From Eremomyces bilateralis CBS 781.70 (Eukaryota), in the NCBI GenBank assembly GCA_010015585.1, contig ML975172.1: a stretch of DNA of 64,000 nucleotides; one strand, 5' to 3'. The position numbers and the translations under genes were made by a program. The notes under the pieces are model-generated. The model ran no database searches and was not told the DNA's origin. It was given only the letters and a program-made list of their open reading frames with translations. This document shows positions 38,805 through 52,328 of this stretch, piece after piece (position 1 is the first letter of the stretch; each line of letters begins with the position of its first letter).

Positions 38805-39575
38805 TCATAGCTTACTCCCCACCAAACTCATATACACGCCCCACGCCAACCCCACCGCGCTCAAAAACACAATCCGCTTCTCCACTGGCACGCAACTGAA
38901 GCTAATGATGCTCGCAATCGGCCACACGCGATATCCCGCCACGATAATCGGCACCGTCTCGCTCCACGCCATCCCGTAGATCTTCTCCGTCGTATATCCC
39001 TTCATGATCCCCATGAGCACCAGGAACAACACCGTATTGACGACCGCCCCCAGCGTGATGCAGTCGATAAACCACTTCGTCATCGTATTCCGCAGGTTCA
39101 GCTTCCGTTCCCCTGCGTCGACAGAGCTCGGAGAGGTACGCCGGTGCGGGGAGTGCGGTCGCTTGTCGCCCAGTTCGAGGTCTTTCTCTTTCTCGCGGTT
39201 GATAGCCGGGGAGTGGTTTCGGCCACCGACGCCGGGTTTCTCAGATTCGGTGCCGCTGGATCGGCGAGAGAAGAGGGAGGAGAAGGGCCGGGAGGGGGCG
39301 TAGGCGGGGAAGGTGCGTTCGAGCCATTGTTGCCAGAGGTAGTTGGGGGGCGCACAGACGATTTGGAGGGCGGAGAATCGGAGGAGCTCGATGGGGGAGA
39401 AGCCGTTGGGTTTCTGATCGAGTGGGGTGGTTAGCGGTGGGGGTGCATTGGGTCTTGAGGATGGGAAGGGGAGCCATACGTCACCCTGGTATAGCTGGAT
39501 GGACTGTGCTAAGGCATTGGAGAGAGATGCAAGTGTGGTCGCTTGGATGGTCGCGGTGACGATGGGAGAAGGCAT
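38805..39575 (-). CDS. Mpv17/PMP22 family membrane protein
   Basis: SNALAQ, PPNYLWQQWLE and YRVWPIASIISFSCVPVEKRIVF..WGVYMS. There is probably an in-frame intron at about 39414-39479. Confidence 0.88.
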   Translation of the reverse strand: MPSPIVTATIQATTLASLSNALAQSIQLYQGDVWLPFPSSRPNAPPPLTTPLDQKPNGFSPIELLRFSALQIVCAPPNYLWQQWLERTFPAYAPSRPFSSLFSRRSSGTESEKPGVGGRNHSPAINREKEKDLELGDKRPHSPHRRTSPSSVDAGERKLNLRNTMTKWFIDCITLGAVVNTVLFLVLMGIMKGYTTEKIYGMAWSETVPIIVAGYRVWPIASIISFSCVPVEKRIVFLSAVGLAWGVYMSLVGSKL

Positions 39576-41399
39576 AATACGGTTGTCCGCATCAATGGTG
39601 GGAGAGGGGTTCGTTTCAATGATCAGACGAGCGTCTCCTTGGGTTCAATCAGGGGGCGATGCGCGGATATCAAGGAGGATACGGGGGAGCATCGATACCA
39701 CATCAATGAGACTGGAGTCTTAGTGAATACGTGCAGTGCTCCTTCCAAGTGTTCTTCTCTCTGTAGAGCGTAACACGAAACTTCAAATTGATTGCGGGCC
39801 CAGCCAGGGTTCCCCAAGCCTTCGCGTTCCTTCAGCTCTTCCAGATCATTTCCTCTTTGGAAGGGTCGAAGTGTTTCAGGAGGAAGCACGTGTGCACGTG
39901 ACCAGATTTGCCCTTTTCTTGGAGAGCAATCTCGATGTTCGGTAACCTCCAAGCAGGCTCGAGCCGAATGTCAAAGTCACTGAGTCGTCAATTTAGTCTA
40001 CTCCAGATGGATTGGAATAGCGAGTACATAATTACATGATAAGAGCTAAAGGACGTAACATGGCAGAAAGATCAGACGAATGCGAATCTTGTAACCGCCA
40101 TCAGTTGATTCAATGTTCTGTCAATGAATTTCAACTTTCAACTCTTACACTCACGCCTCCCCCACTCACACACATCATCATCAAAATCCGCGGCCCACCC
40201 CCATCAACAGCATCACAGATGACAACAAGAAAATGGATTCCAATAATCCATACCATTCGAGTTCCCAGAGTCCAGGAGACTGCGGACATCCGTCCGTGCC
40301 TCAGTTCAAGATACCCACCGTGAGCGGCATGGGTAAGTATATGGATACCGATCAGTCTACTGATTAAAGGTCCCAGAAACTAAAGCTGCAGACAATGCAG
40401 AGTCAAGGTTACTCCGAGTCCCAAGAGGACACCGGCCTTCGGCATTTCTACTGGCACCCTGATTTCCCAGAGGTAAACAAACAGAATCAGGTAAAACCAC
40501 GAATCATAACTCAATGTATTCGAGGTTCAAACTGGCACAGACCTTAGGAGATGACTTAGAGGATGCTTATTCGCCTCTGATGCGGAAGAGATGACTATAT
40601 AGCTTGGCATGAGTGTACAAACCGTTGTACACATTGCGGTCTTACTTCATTTGAGCCCGGCGGACATCGTGGTTTTTCTAAATGTTGTATCGAGAGGCCG
40701 CAAAGCTATGGGATAGATTCAATCCGATAGGTGTAGCGCTCCCGGCGGACTGTTGGGATAGAATGTCCTTTGAGGCTCGGGAGGTAGTCGAATTTTCATG
40801 GCATCTTCATTAGGTTCACCTAACTATCTAAACATTCCCCGCTTTCTCCAAGCAGCCAGGTGTATATTCTTCAAGATTGTGGTAATAAGGATGTCCAAGG
40901 CAAGGCGGCCACAGTTGCTGATGCGGCCACGTACAAGCGTGACTGAGAGCTGCAAAAGTATAAAGCTATCACCAGTTTTACAGAGAAAGAATGCGCCGCC
41001 ATGCGGCTGGAACTTAGACAGATGCAGACAAAGCTTCTCGCAAGTTGGAAAGAAGTTGATGACTCCTTGAACCCTCAGTGTAATAGAGGTTTGGAGAGAA
41101 AGAAAGACTACTCCTTAAACACTCAGCTGACATAGAACTACAAATACAACGGATTAGAGTACTCCGTTATACAGACTTGCAAGCTTCACGAAGACAAATC
41201 CGCTTTCCATTGCAATCCAAGCTTTTGAAGGATCCTTTTCCGCCTAGAGAACTTTTCCCCTCGGATGCTGGTTAGACCGCTCTTCATAGGAAGGATTTCT
41301 CAGATTAATTCACGACTTCGCACGTGTAATTTCAAGCGCACGTTGAAAAGCTAGTAGCTGCTGGACCATCGTTTCGTGGCCTCGAGTCGCAGCTGCTCG

Positions 41400-42620
41400 C
41401 AATGCCGTGCCGAAGTGGCCTGACTGCGTCCTTGATCAAATGTTGACAACCACAAAGCGACAAGACATAATTACTATAAAGAAGTCCCGCCTCCATGCTA
41501 TTTTCTAGCCACGGATACTCCGCACCACCGCCAGTGGTATGGAAAAATATTTTCCACCACATAAACCAATTGTGTTGCTTTCGAAGCCACTGTACAATAG
41601 CCTCTCGCATGACACCTTCGGATAGTGCCTTCTCTGCATGGTCGAGTACATATATGGCTCACTGCATACCCTAGAAAAGAATAATCAATATCCATCTCCT
41701 CCATTTTCTTCTCGCTCGTCGGTGCCATAATACTAACCTGCTCGATAGCTGACCGGCAAGAGGCGCACAGCTGGCCATGGCTGCAACTGATAGGCTCTGG
41801 GACCAGCGTTGGGTCCAGCTTCTGTAGCCTTTGATTTCGTAGTAGGAAGTCATTGGCCGACAGATGGATGAATTGCACAGACGCCTTATTACCTTTTCGA
41901 ACCTCGAGCAGGCCTCGGGACGAGGAGGTGATGCGTCGTCGGATAGTGTTGTTATTGAATTTGGATCGATTCCATCGCCCTCTGCTGTCGTTCACCACAG
42001 CTTAAAAGAGCTCTTCAGGCTTCAGCAGCCGCTGAGAGAACAGCACCCATTGAAGCATGGGAATTGTCTCTGCCTTGTCTTCGCCGTCTCTTCTCAAGAG
42101 GTTGTTGAACTCCTCCTCGAGATCGTTCGGTACCTCCTCTAATGTCTTACGCATGGCCTCAATACGACCCTCATCATAGGCTTTGTTAAGCAGCGAAACC
42201 ACAATGACAACCCACATGATAATCCCGTTTGCTCTTCTTAGAATCTCATCCTCGATATCGTTCATATCGTCCAAATCTTCCATATCATTGTCCTTTTTGC
42301 TCAATCTCTCCTTGACATATCTTGTTATGTCTTTTTGATGATATTCACTCTTCTCTACCGTCAAACTCAAGATTTTTCTTCATTCTAACACTCGGATAGT
42401 GACGACTCGAGAGACAAATTCTCAGATTCGCACCAAACGTAATAGCGTAGATGCTCAGCGACTCGAGAAAACCAACTACGTCACGCACATCTGCCTCGTT
42501 GCACTCGTCTAGCGCGTCAACGAGAAGCACGAAAGGCTCCGCTTTCTGCTGCTCGATTACTAAGACTATGAACTCCTTCAACTCTGATTGTCGCCACTCC
42601 AAAACTCTTTCTTGGTGAAT
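41400..42620 (-). pseudogene. NACHT (NLR-like P-loop NTPase) pseudogene
   Basis: Walker B LLVDALDEC, LRICLSSRHYP, ANGIIMWVVIVV, LQWVLFSQRLLKPEEL and SRGLLEV..VQFIHLS. Several frameshifts; Walker A was not found. Confidence 0.85.
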
Positions 42621-43988
42621 TCTGGAGGGTCAAAGGGAGGAAGGCGGTTTCGCTAGTGACAGTAACCCGTCCATTCTCCTCTCCTTTCTTTTCCAGTTGA
42701 CAGGGTGTGTGATATCGTGTTACAGTCCAGTGGATGTGGTTGTTCATGTCTTTCAAAGTCGGGACCGAGATAAAACCATTAATTACGGAAGCCGTGGTGT
42801 AACGAAGCCTGCATTGGTGTGAGCCGCAATCGCCAGTCTGTCATAGTTCCGGTCGACCTACTTTAGGGGTGAAAGCACTGTTCATCGACCATCTGGATAC
42901 ATGAGTATGATCATGGAGAGGCCGCTCCATTTTTAGCAATTGGACCAAAGCCGCTCATCGGAACCAATATACCTTATGAGCAGAGTTGGCTCCAGCGCCA
43001 GGAGGAGCCCAAATCAGAGAGCAGACAGGCAAAACTTTGTGAAAAGGCCGAATAGGACTAGGGATGGAAGCTATGCGATATAAGAGGTGCAAAAGAACTT
43101 TCTATATGTGAACCGCCGTCCCGAGACCCAACACCTCGCCTCCCGGGTTCCTGACCGAGACTGAGTCGTCTCCAGACACCATGCTAACGATACTCTGATG
43201 CAGATGTACATAGCCTACATTCGGCGACTATATATCAAGAGATCTACAGAGAAACGATGACCACTGGTCAGATCGACCAGTCGTATAGCGACAGATCTCA
43301 GATTAAGAGGATGAATAACCTGAGGAGCTCACTAGACGTCATCTGGTGCTATATTGAACGACGAGCAAGGTGATGTGAATGACCCGGTGGATTAATTGCT
43401 AGATGAATGGGAGGAGTTTGTCCACCATTCACAGAGGAAGGATGCTGGAAGTGGTCTCGGACGATAGCTTCCCGAGCTCCACTGCTACATATATGTTCAA
43501 GGAGGATATCGTGAGGTGCTGCATGTACACCCAAGAGCTGATCTTCAAGGGGAAGTGGGATGTATGGGGGGCTCCTAGACGTACACCACTTCTCCATGAT
43601 ATCCACCAATTCTCTTCCTAGGAAACGACTCACATCACAAAGAGGGGTGCGGAGAAGAATTAGAGTAAAGAAAGAGACATTTAATTGGGCCATGTATGAG
43701 TAGCGAAGGCTCCTAGCGGATGCTAAAACACGAACTGTGGTTATTCGAGACATGTATGAATACAGTCGCCCTCCCATACAGCAGTCTATGCCACCCATTT
43801 ACTCGTCTATCTAAGAGTGATAGTGTATGCATCATGCAAGTAATGCAGTATCCCATCCAATGCCTAGCTTGCCGCAGACAATGCCACGACTCCAAGCGAT
43901 GCCACGCAAATAACGAACGCCTTCCAGAATGCAATCATAATTCATTCGCCCCCCTCGCTGATCCCCCGCACCCATCCTGCACATCCCA

Positions 43989-44792
43989 TCAGCCCACCGA
44001 CGCCAACTGACTCCTCTTCAACGCCAACGCCAACTCTTCCACACAAAACGGCGCCTCCCGCTGCGGCGTCCGCAAGATCCTCCGTGCCTCCATTTCCTCC
44101 TCCTGCGTCAACGTCGTCGGTGTACTTCGGCTATCAAGACTGTCTTCCGCCACCAACGACGGCGTCTTGATCCCGTCGCTCCGCCCCCCTTCCATCCCAT
44201 CAATCACGCTATCTCCCGGAGTCTCCCGCGGCTTCCCTTCACACCGCGTCAGGCTCGGGAGCTGTTGTTGCGGGTCACCGTCCACTGCCGTAACCGCCAC
44301 CGCCCCTTCCCGCGCCTCGACATCCAGCTCCTCGCACACCGGCTCATCGACCACGATCTCCGCCAGCGGCCGCGCTTTCTGGAAGCTCTTCCGCGGGATC
44401 CCGACCAGCACCGGCGTGTCCTCCTGCCGACTGCCCCGCCGACTGCTCGCGCAACTGTGCCCCGGCGAATATTCACTTAGCACGCTCCTCCTCCGCCAGC
44501 TGGTGGCCCAATCGTAGTTCTCGAGCTGCTCGCGGTGGGCCTTGGCGACGGGGCGGCGGTATTTGGGGAGGGGGAGGGATTCATCGGGGCGGTAGAGGAC
44601 GTGGTTGGGGTCCGGATCGTTGGGGTTGGCGGGGGTGGAGGGGAGGGAGGATTTGCGTTTGGATTTGGCGCGGAGTTTGATGATGGGGTTGCGGGAGGGT
44701 TTAGTCGTGGTGGTTGTTGTGGCGGATTTGGGGAGAGTGGTGGTGGAGGAGTCGCGGGAGACGTAACGTTTGAGGCGGTTGCGGAGGGACAT
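43989..44792 (-). CDS. Hypothetical protein
   Basis: 267-aa ATG ORF with the same C-rich to G-rich codon pattern as the core genes. It contains a PKYRRPVAKAHREQLENYDW block. Confidence 0.7.
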   Translation of the reverse strand: MSLRNRLKRYVSRDSSTTTLPKSATTTTTTKPSRNPIIKLRAKSKRKSSLPSTPANPNDPDPNHVLYRPDESLPLPKYRRPVAKAHREQLENYDWATSWRRRSVLSEYSPGHSCASSRRGSRQEDTPVLVGIPRKSFQKARPLAEIVVDEPVCEELDVEAREGAVAVTAVDGDPQQQLPSLTRCEGKPRETPGDSVIDGMEGGRSDGIKTPSLVAEDSLDSRSTPTTLTQEEEMEARRILRTPQREAPFCVEELALALKRSQLASVG

Positions 44793-45455
44793 TGTGAGGA
44801 GACGGAGGGATGTGATAGCGAATGTTGGAGAGGAGGGGATGGAAGCGATTGATGGCTCTCTGGAAGTAGACGTTACGGATCCATAAGGTCGAATATGTAT
44901 AGTTCGTGAAAGTGTTTTGTGTTGTCTTATCGTCGTGGAGTGACGGAAGGGAGACTGTGGCCGGGATATCGCGTGGAAGTGACGTTGGAGAGCAATTCGG
45001 TCGAAAAGGAGATAATCGGCAGTGTTGAACCGTAGTGGTGATAACGAGGGACGACCTCAACTAACACCATGACATATTCACATCGTACTGTGTCGAAGAG
45101 CAGAAAGAAGGATCAAGTGATACCAAGAGAGGTGGAGCGTCGGCATCGTAATAAGGTGAAGGGACGGAGTCCATCCGCCCCCGAAACCCATTTCGCAATC
45201 TGACGTCCACATCTCCCATCAGCCATCATCCACCAAATCTGCCGCCAACCAGACCCAGTCCCACGTCGATGGAGCGCCATCCCCCTAGGGCCCAAGCACC
45301 TCGAGGCATCTCACAACTCGGATTCCTCCGCGCCCACCCGCAAGACCATTCGCACCCTAAAACCACACACAAACCGACACCCTCGGGACCGGGTTGGATT
45401 CCGCGCCACGCCGCCTCACTGGGGCCCGCGAAAGATCCAGATTCCCGAATCGCAT

Positions 45456-45500
45456 TTCTGGGTTTTGATTCTGGGTTTTGATTCTGGGTTCTGAGTTTTG
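45456..45500. repeat. 13-bp tandem repeat TTCTGGGTTTTGA x3
   Basis: Read directly from the sequence. Confidence 0.8.
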
Positions 45501-46699
45501 TCGCCTTCCCAGTCTGGCAGCGTGGAGAATCGATCGACCTTTTGGAATGGCATGCACCGCCCCGGGTGATTGGTCGGCTCGCTAATCGCGGACGGGGGCT
45601 TCGGGGTGGCTTCGGCGACTGCGACCTACAGGGCGGAGGCCGGAGAATCTGGCTGGATGGGGCTCGGATAAGCCGGTCGACAGGGGTTAGAGGGGCGAAT
45701 CCAATGGGTTGGGCGGTGATTCGGGGATCAGCTTCCAATGACGAATGGTCTTCGATACAGGACAGAGTTGCGTGCATGATTGCGTGGGGTGCGCCTTGCG
45801 AGGGGTGGGCTGTTACATTCCTGTTCAGGGCTAGGGAAGCCAATTCGTATTTCTTGGTTCGGTGAGCTTATATTGAACGCCTCTTGGAGTTGAGCTTCCT
45901 TATTGGGTCTGCTACTGTAGGCTCTATTCCGTAGTTGCATCGTTAAATTATTGTGCAGCTGTCGGCCTCTCGAAACTCAAAGCTAGTTGAGCACGTTGAG
46001 GGCTTGAGCAAGGCACACAGGAGATTGCCACCTGGTGATCGCTCTAGGCAGGAGGTCTCAGTCTCAGGCATCGATTCATTCGTTTCTGCGGTTCTGCGCC
46101 TGTTTCGTGCATGTTGTTTCCGTCAACATCCGGGACTGGGTTTGATTCGCTACCATGGTATGACCAGGTACTCGGAGATTGATTGGAGTTGAGGGCTTAA
46201 CTCCGGGTCAATCTAGAACCTTAGTTCACCGATTCCTTGACACCAGGAATGATGCCACTGTCATTTTCTCGACCCTTCGGCATAGCTAGGTGGTTTCACT
46301 TCCATGAGACAGCATATGATGAGCGAGGGACCAAAGTTTCAACTCCAAAGGTTGGTGTACGTGCAAACGGGTCAGAGTGGTTGGAGTCAAGCTACCTACA
46401 CATATCCTGCTCCTGGCGAGAGGTAGTAGTTCATGGCAGAAGGGTTGGATATTCAGACGACTTGCACTCGTTCGCAATCGACTTCTCTATATAATTCCTA
46501 CTATGCTTTGGTATATATGGCACTCCATAGGCCTGCCGTTCTTCTCTCTTCCGCTTCTTCAAAGTCCAATCTTCTTTCGGTACGAGTACTGGCTTCTGGC
46601 GTCCCACGTCTTATCTTTGTGTTAATTATCCGCTTATATTTTTGGAGTTTGTTCTTGAGCACGACCACCATGCTCCTACTCTTGACAATGAATTGATAC

Positions 46700-47622
46700 A
46701 ATGATAAGCCGCTGGAGGGTTGAGATTTTCCAAATCACTAGACAGAAAAGCTCGAACTATGTACTGCCAGTCAAGAATTTTGCTATCGCTTTACATGGCA
46801 CCCTCACGTCCTCAACAGCAAGATAAAATTCAAGGATGCGATACATTTACGGCAAATAACATCTTCAACGTCTGGGCTACTAAGCCGAACATTCTCCAGT
46901 GTGACCTCTCCGCTGGAATTCCCGCTCGCATCAAACGGGAAAGAGATACGATAGGTACCCATGACGATGTCATCACCTCGGCCGCATTCAGATCAAAGAG
47001 TAGCACCTTTATTTGAAGCGGTCGCGTTAAACCTACCAGCATCGTCAAGCTCCTTGCCGCTGATCAATGTCCGGAAAATTGCCATCTTTTCAAGCTCGTT
47101 AGAAACGATTCGTCGGAGTCCACTGAACCGCGAAAGAATCTGCACCTGGTTTCCACCACTAGCGAACAAATACGTCGGGCTCAAATTCGCAACCGCGCTG
47201 TCCAACCAACTACGTCCACGAAACGTCATCGTGGCCGGCGACCATTGATCCAACAGATCATATTTCACCTGAAGGTAGACTTGGCACAGCGTGGTTCGGT
47301 CTCCACGATATGTGGTCGGACCGACGGCTTCTTGGAATGCGTCGAAGAATAGATCCGTCGAATTGCCGTAAAGTTGAGGGTTCCGGCGGAGCAGGCGCGG
47401 TCGCTGTGGAAACGGCCGGTAAACGTTAATGGTATAGAAGGGAGGGTTTGCTCCGAGATATATGACAAGGTACGGAAGATGACGAGAAGCTTTAGGACGG
47501 TTGACTGGGTCCAGGCCATGACGGTGGAAAGGGGGCGAGTGTTGGTAGAAGAGAAACCAGTCCTGTGTCGGAAAGCTAGATCCAAGGTGCCTTCTGGCTA
47601 GGTGGTGTACTATATAATACAT
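46700..47622 (-). pseudogene. Unidentified degraded gene
   Basis: A protein-like 209-aa ORF appears to continue in a shifted frame (46830-47048) and then hits stops. Confidence 0.3.
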
Positions 47623-48201
47623 CTATTGAAAAGATATGAAGCTATCGCAGGACAGCCTAATCTAAGTTCATATACAGCGGTCAGGTAATCAATTCAATAC
47701 GAAGCTTTTGTCTGAACATCAAGCACCGGATGCTTGCCCGTAGTTCGGGGTCAACTAGGACCATCGCTTGATGCATCTTCGTTCTACTGTGTCATAGTAT
47801 AATTGAATAATTCTGAATATGAGTACAATGTTCCGGCTCATTCACCCAATGCTTGCATGCCATGAGCCGATCGAGAAATAAAAACGCGGAGAAAATGGGT
47901 GACGTTAGTATTTTCGCATGGAAGAAGGTGGGGCCGTTACAATCCCTGTAGCGATCCTGCCCGATCAGGAAATGGTGAGGTCATACAAGTTACCACCAAA
48001 CTTCGTACCAAACTTTCCACCGTTGACTCCAGAACTTCCTTCTTTTCCTGGTCTGCTCAGCCATTTCCTGTAATCGCAATACCATCTGCTCCCATTACCG
48101 CCGCATATTTGTCCCACTGGACACCGCGAGGGTTGAAAGCGAAGAGAAATTCGGCGCCTGGATTGGCACAGAGGGGTGGATTTGCCAGTCAATCGGGAAG
48201 T

Positions 48202-51188
48202 ATGGTCTCTCCGACCGAGGAACGAAAGATGGAGAAATTCAGAGAGCTCGTTATGTTTGTCTATCATATCCTGCTCCCCAGAAACTACCAACTGACCCTC
48301 CGAATAGGCCTCCGTCTGCTGCTACTCTTCAGCGCTATAGCGCAGGGCAGAAGAATCGCAGGGCCTCTGGGGCAGGGAATCCGAGTAGCACTCCTCACTC
48401 CATAGCGCCCGGGAATAACACGACCGAAAGTCCCAGAAGCGTACAACCAGACCCCCCATCAAACCTCTTGGTACCAGGGACAGATAATAGCTCACTGGAT
48501 TCTGGGAGCAACGCGCCGACTATAGCGAGCATCAAGTCTGGCCATATCGGAAAAGCACCACGGAAAGAACATTTCATTGGCACTTCAACACCTATAGATA
48601 CCAGCGCTGCGGATTCGGCTGCTGCTGGGGCTTCTGGAGCTAATGCATTTTCGCAAGATCACAGTTCATACGTGGCGGAACCGGCAACTGGCAAGCAACC
48701 TCCGACGGCACAGGCCCTTCCAGCGGTGAGAGATCTCCCTGGATCATCAATGGCGGCCCTCGCACCTGCACCGACTGAGGCTCTGGGTTCTTGCCCTCAT
48801 AACACTCTGAGCGACGAGTCTCCTGGCCTTGGAGCAGGAGGAGCGGTTGGTGCAGGCGCGTATTCCAGAGGAGGATCCGGAACTACGGGCCCTACTTCAC
48901 CCACGGGAAGCGATGAACTTTCGCGTGGGAGCAGTCATGGGAGCAGCTATTCAGGCCATAGGAGCCCTTACAGTGCTAAATCACTGGATCCACGAGTTGA
49001 CGGAATTCTGAGCGGGAAACGAGGAGTCAAGCATGCTGGTGGAATAACCAGGAAACCAGTGCCTCAGAGGGGTTCAACGCCAGGCCAGAGGGCCACGCAA
49101 CTGGATACTCAGAGAGCAATTAGTGGGACTTCAGTGTCAGGCCCCTTTGCAGAATCTCGAGCGGCTATCCCTGCTGGAGCGATAGGTACAACGGGGGTAG
49201 CTGCTACGATGCTTGGACGGAACGAGGAAGTTCCCACGATGGAGACGATCGGACAGCCACAACCTCCAGGGTCATATCCGATATCTGGGCCGGTTGCTCA
49301 TGAGCAGGGCTATGCACCAGATAGTGCAGTGGCGGCTAACCAAGTCAGTGAACCATCATCCCAGCCGATCCCAGAGCCGCAATCGACAGTCCAGGATATC
49401 CCAACCCAAGTTACTTCACTCACTACGGAAAGGCCTCAAGGTGACGCTGAGAAGGGGACAGAGTTTGTCTCACCATATGTATCGAACCGGCCAGCGTTAG
49501 GGGATGAGCAGAGCGAGAAGGGTCCGGGGGGTCACAAAGATCAATCAAAGCATGGCAATACAGTGGCTGCTAAAGTTGGTACCACTGGACTAGGAGTTGT
49601 TATTACTCATCAGCACGGAGAGCACGAACAAATTCTCGCACATCAACCAGAAAATGCAGACATATCGCCTGGGGACCGAGTCATTGGAGACATCTCGCCA
49701 AGGAGAAGCATGCTCGAGAAGAAGGACAGTAAGCATGCGCGGAAGGCAAGCACTGAATCGGGAAAGGAAAAGAAGGGCCTCATCCACCGATTGACGCATC
49801 GTCGTAAGAGCAAGAAACACAGCTATGATGAGGCAGTCGAGCCTGTAGGAGAGAACCCAGGAAATCATGATTCTGCTTCAGCTGCGGTCCGTATTCCTGA
49901 CCGCACCTCTTCTCAGAATCGTGCCCAGCAGGAACCCGAAGACCCCCCCCCTGCAATGAAGGATGAGAAATTGGACGACGAGAAGGACCACCACTATGGC
50001 GCCGTCGCGGCCACAGGCGCTGCTGCAGTCGGATCCGGTGCTCTCACTTCTGAGGTACTGGGGAACCAGAAGGACTCAGAACTTCGCCACGAACCTATTA
50101 CTCGAGAGAGTTCCTCCTCGGGACCGCGAGAAAGCAAAATCTATGCACCAGGAGACAGTACCACCTACGGGCCAAACAGTGCCACTGGCTTTGCCGATGC
50201 ACCCCGAGAGCCTAGCCGCTATGGAACGGGTAACATGGGCTACGATTACACGGAAGGACAGGGCATGGACAGCACTGGCAGCTATGGATACGGTGCTATG
50301 GCAGCAGCAGGAGGATTCGGAGCAACACCCGCGCTGGACGCCTCTCATCACCAGTATCCGACTGATGCGACGAGCAGCGTATATAGCCACCAGCAGCCTC
50401 AAACCCCAGAATTCATTTCCGGCAGTGCTGCTCCTGACTACACACAACTAGCAGACCCTCCAGGGGCCAATTACCCCTATCCCGGCATCCTCCCCTCCGA
50501 CCACGACCCAGTCGTCCGCCGCGCCGACCCCCGTTTTGTCGCCGCCGGCTTCACCCAACCCGCCTTCCCACGCCCTCAAGCCGACCAATCCACCAAATAC
50601 CCCACCGGCGGGCCTCCCGACTACCCCCATAAACCCCATAGCTACGACCACGCCGCTCCTCGCCATTTGACGAACCGGCACTTCGAGGAGCTCGGGCTCA
50701 GCCACCATGGTCCCCGACCTGACGCGGCAGATACATCCAACTATAAACCCGCCATCTCAGGCGCTGGCGGTGCGAGCATCGGCGCTGTGGACGTAGAGGC
50801 TGTCTACGCTGGACGTCACACGCCGCCAAAACAGAGCGAACTTTATGCGCCCCGTGACGGGACTAGTGACGTGCAGCCAAGGGAAGTCGGGTTCGGCTCC
50901 GCTGGCGGAAAAGGGCTAGTCGGCGCGTCTGATATGCCGGAGATGAAGGATAGCGCCGCTGTGAAGGCGATGGATATGGGTGAGCGGGGGAGTGTGAGGA
51001 AATCCGAGGAGATGGGCGTGGCGATTAGGAGGGTTAGTGTTGGGAGTGGGGGCAGTGGGGGTAGTGGAGGTAGTGGGAATGGGAATGGGAATGGGAATGG
51101 GAATGGGAAGTTGAAGGTGCATCCGAGTTTGAAGGGGCGGAATCGGCTGCATAAGGCGCCGAAGAAGGGGAAGAAGGTAGGGGCGTGA
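48202..51188 (+). CDS. Large low-complexity (G/S/P/A-rich) hypothetical protein
   Basis: 906-aa ORF joined to ATG 48202 or 48229 through an intron at 48255-48307. Confidence 0.75.
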
Positions 51189-51678
51189 AAGGAGGAGTGT
51201 GGGATGGTGGCTCTAGCTGGTTGCGTGGTGTTTCGGATGCGAGTTTCGAGTGCGAGAGAACCACGGTTGTATGATATTGTTCTGGTCTTAATGCCATATA
51301 TGATTATAAGCCCATGAATTATACGGACATTCCTATTCATAAGCTCACCCTTCTTATTCGGCAGCTTGGAGTGCCATCATGAAGCTATGAGATGAGGAGC
51401 TTCGTACTTGGGAATAATCGTCTCGTCCAAGAGGATGACCGTATCTCTTGACCGTCGCCGCGTCCATTCTCGTCAAGCAAGCTGCGCCGAATTCCTGAGC
51501 TTCGCTTCCGAACAGGTTTGCGCTTCTGCTTTCTGCGCATCGGAAAACTGAGCCTCCATCCTTTTCATAACCCAACAACCTCATCCATTCCATGATCCGA
51601 TCGTAGAATCAAGCGCTTCGCACCCATCTCACATCCCCAAGCGCAATCCAGGCGACATAACCCCATCACCCGTCTCCC

Positions 51679-52328
51679 TCACTCCTCCTCCGCGTTCAAA
51701 AAAGGATTCTGAATCTCCTGACTCCCATCGAGCGGCGAGATGGCGGTTAGCAACGTCCCTCTTGCGACGACCAGGCCGAGTGGGCGGGTGGATTCGTTGC
51801 CTTCTTCGTCTGTTCGACGTGTTAGTACCGAGATGGGGGAGGGAGGAGTAAAGATAGGACATACCGCGGACGGTCTCTTTGACTTCGTCGAGGACGAGGT
51901 TCATGAGCTGGTCAAAGCCTTTGAGGAGGCCGATGACTGGGGATTCCGTTAGCTATTTCTGCTCCTCACCGCCGCATCCAGCGAATCCAAAAATGAAGAA
52001 AACCCCGTCACCACCTCCAATCCTCCTCGTCATCTCCACCCCAACCTCCATAAAAACAATCCGTAGAAAAAAAAAAACCAAAGAAAAGCCTATCCAACCC
52101 ACCTTCCCTGCCCCCATTAAACTTCACCCGAATCTCCTTATCCATATACCGCCCGAGATCTAAAATATTCTCCTTCTTCCTCTCCCTCCCCTCCTCCCCT
52201 CCTTCCCTCCCCGCCCTCCCCTCCCCGCCCTCTCGATCGCCGCGTCCCCGTCCCCCGCCACGACCGCCCCGGCCACCGCGTCCTCCGCGAGGGCCGCCTC
52301 GGGCGCGGAAGGCGCCGCGTTCGGACAT
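51679..52328 (-). CDS. LSM7: U6 snRNA-associated Sm-like protein Lsm7
   Basis: RGG N-terminus, KKENILDLGRYMDKEIRVKFNGGRE, LKGFDQLMNLVLD, LGLVVARG and EIQNPF. Two introns, at 51937-52102 and about 51809-51864. Confidence 0.95.
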
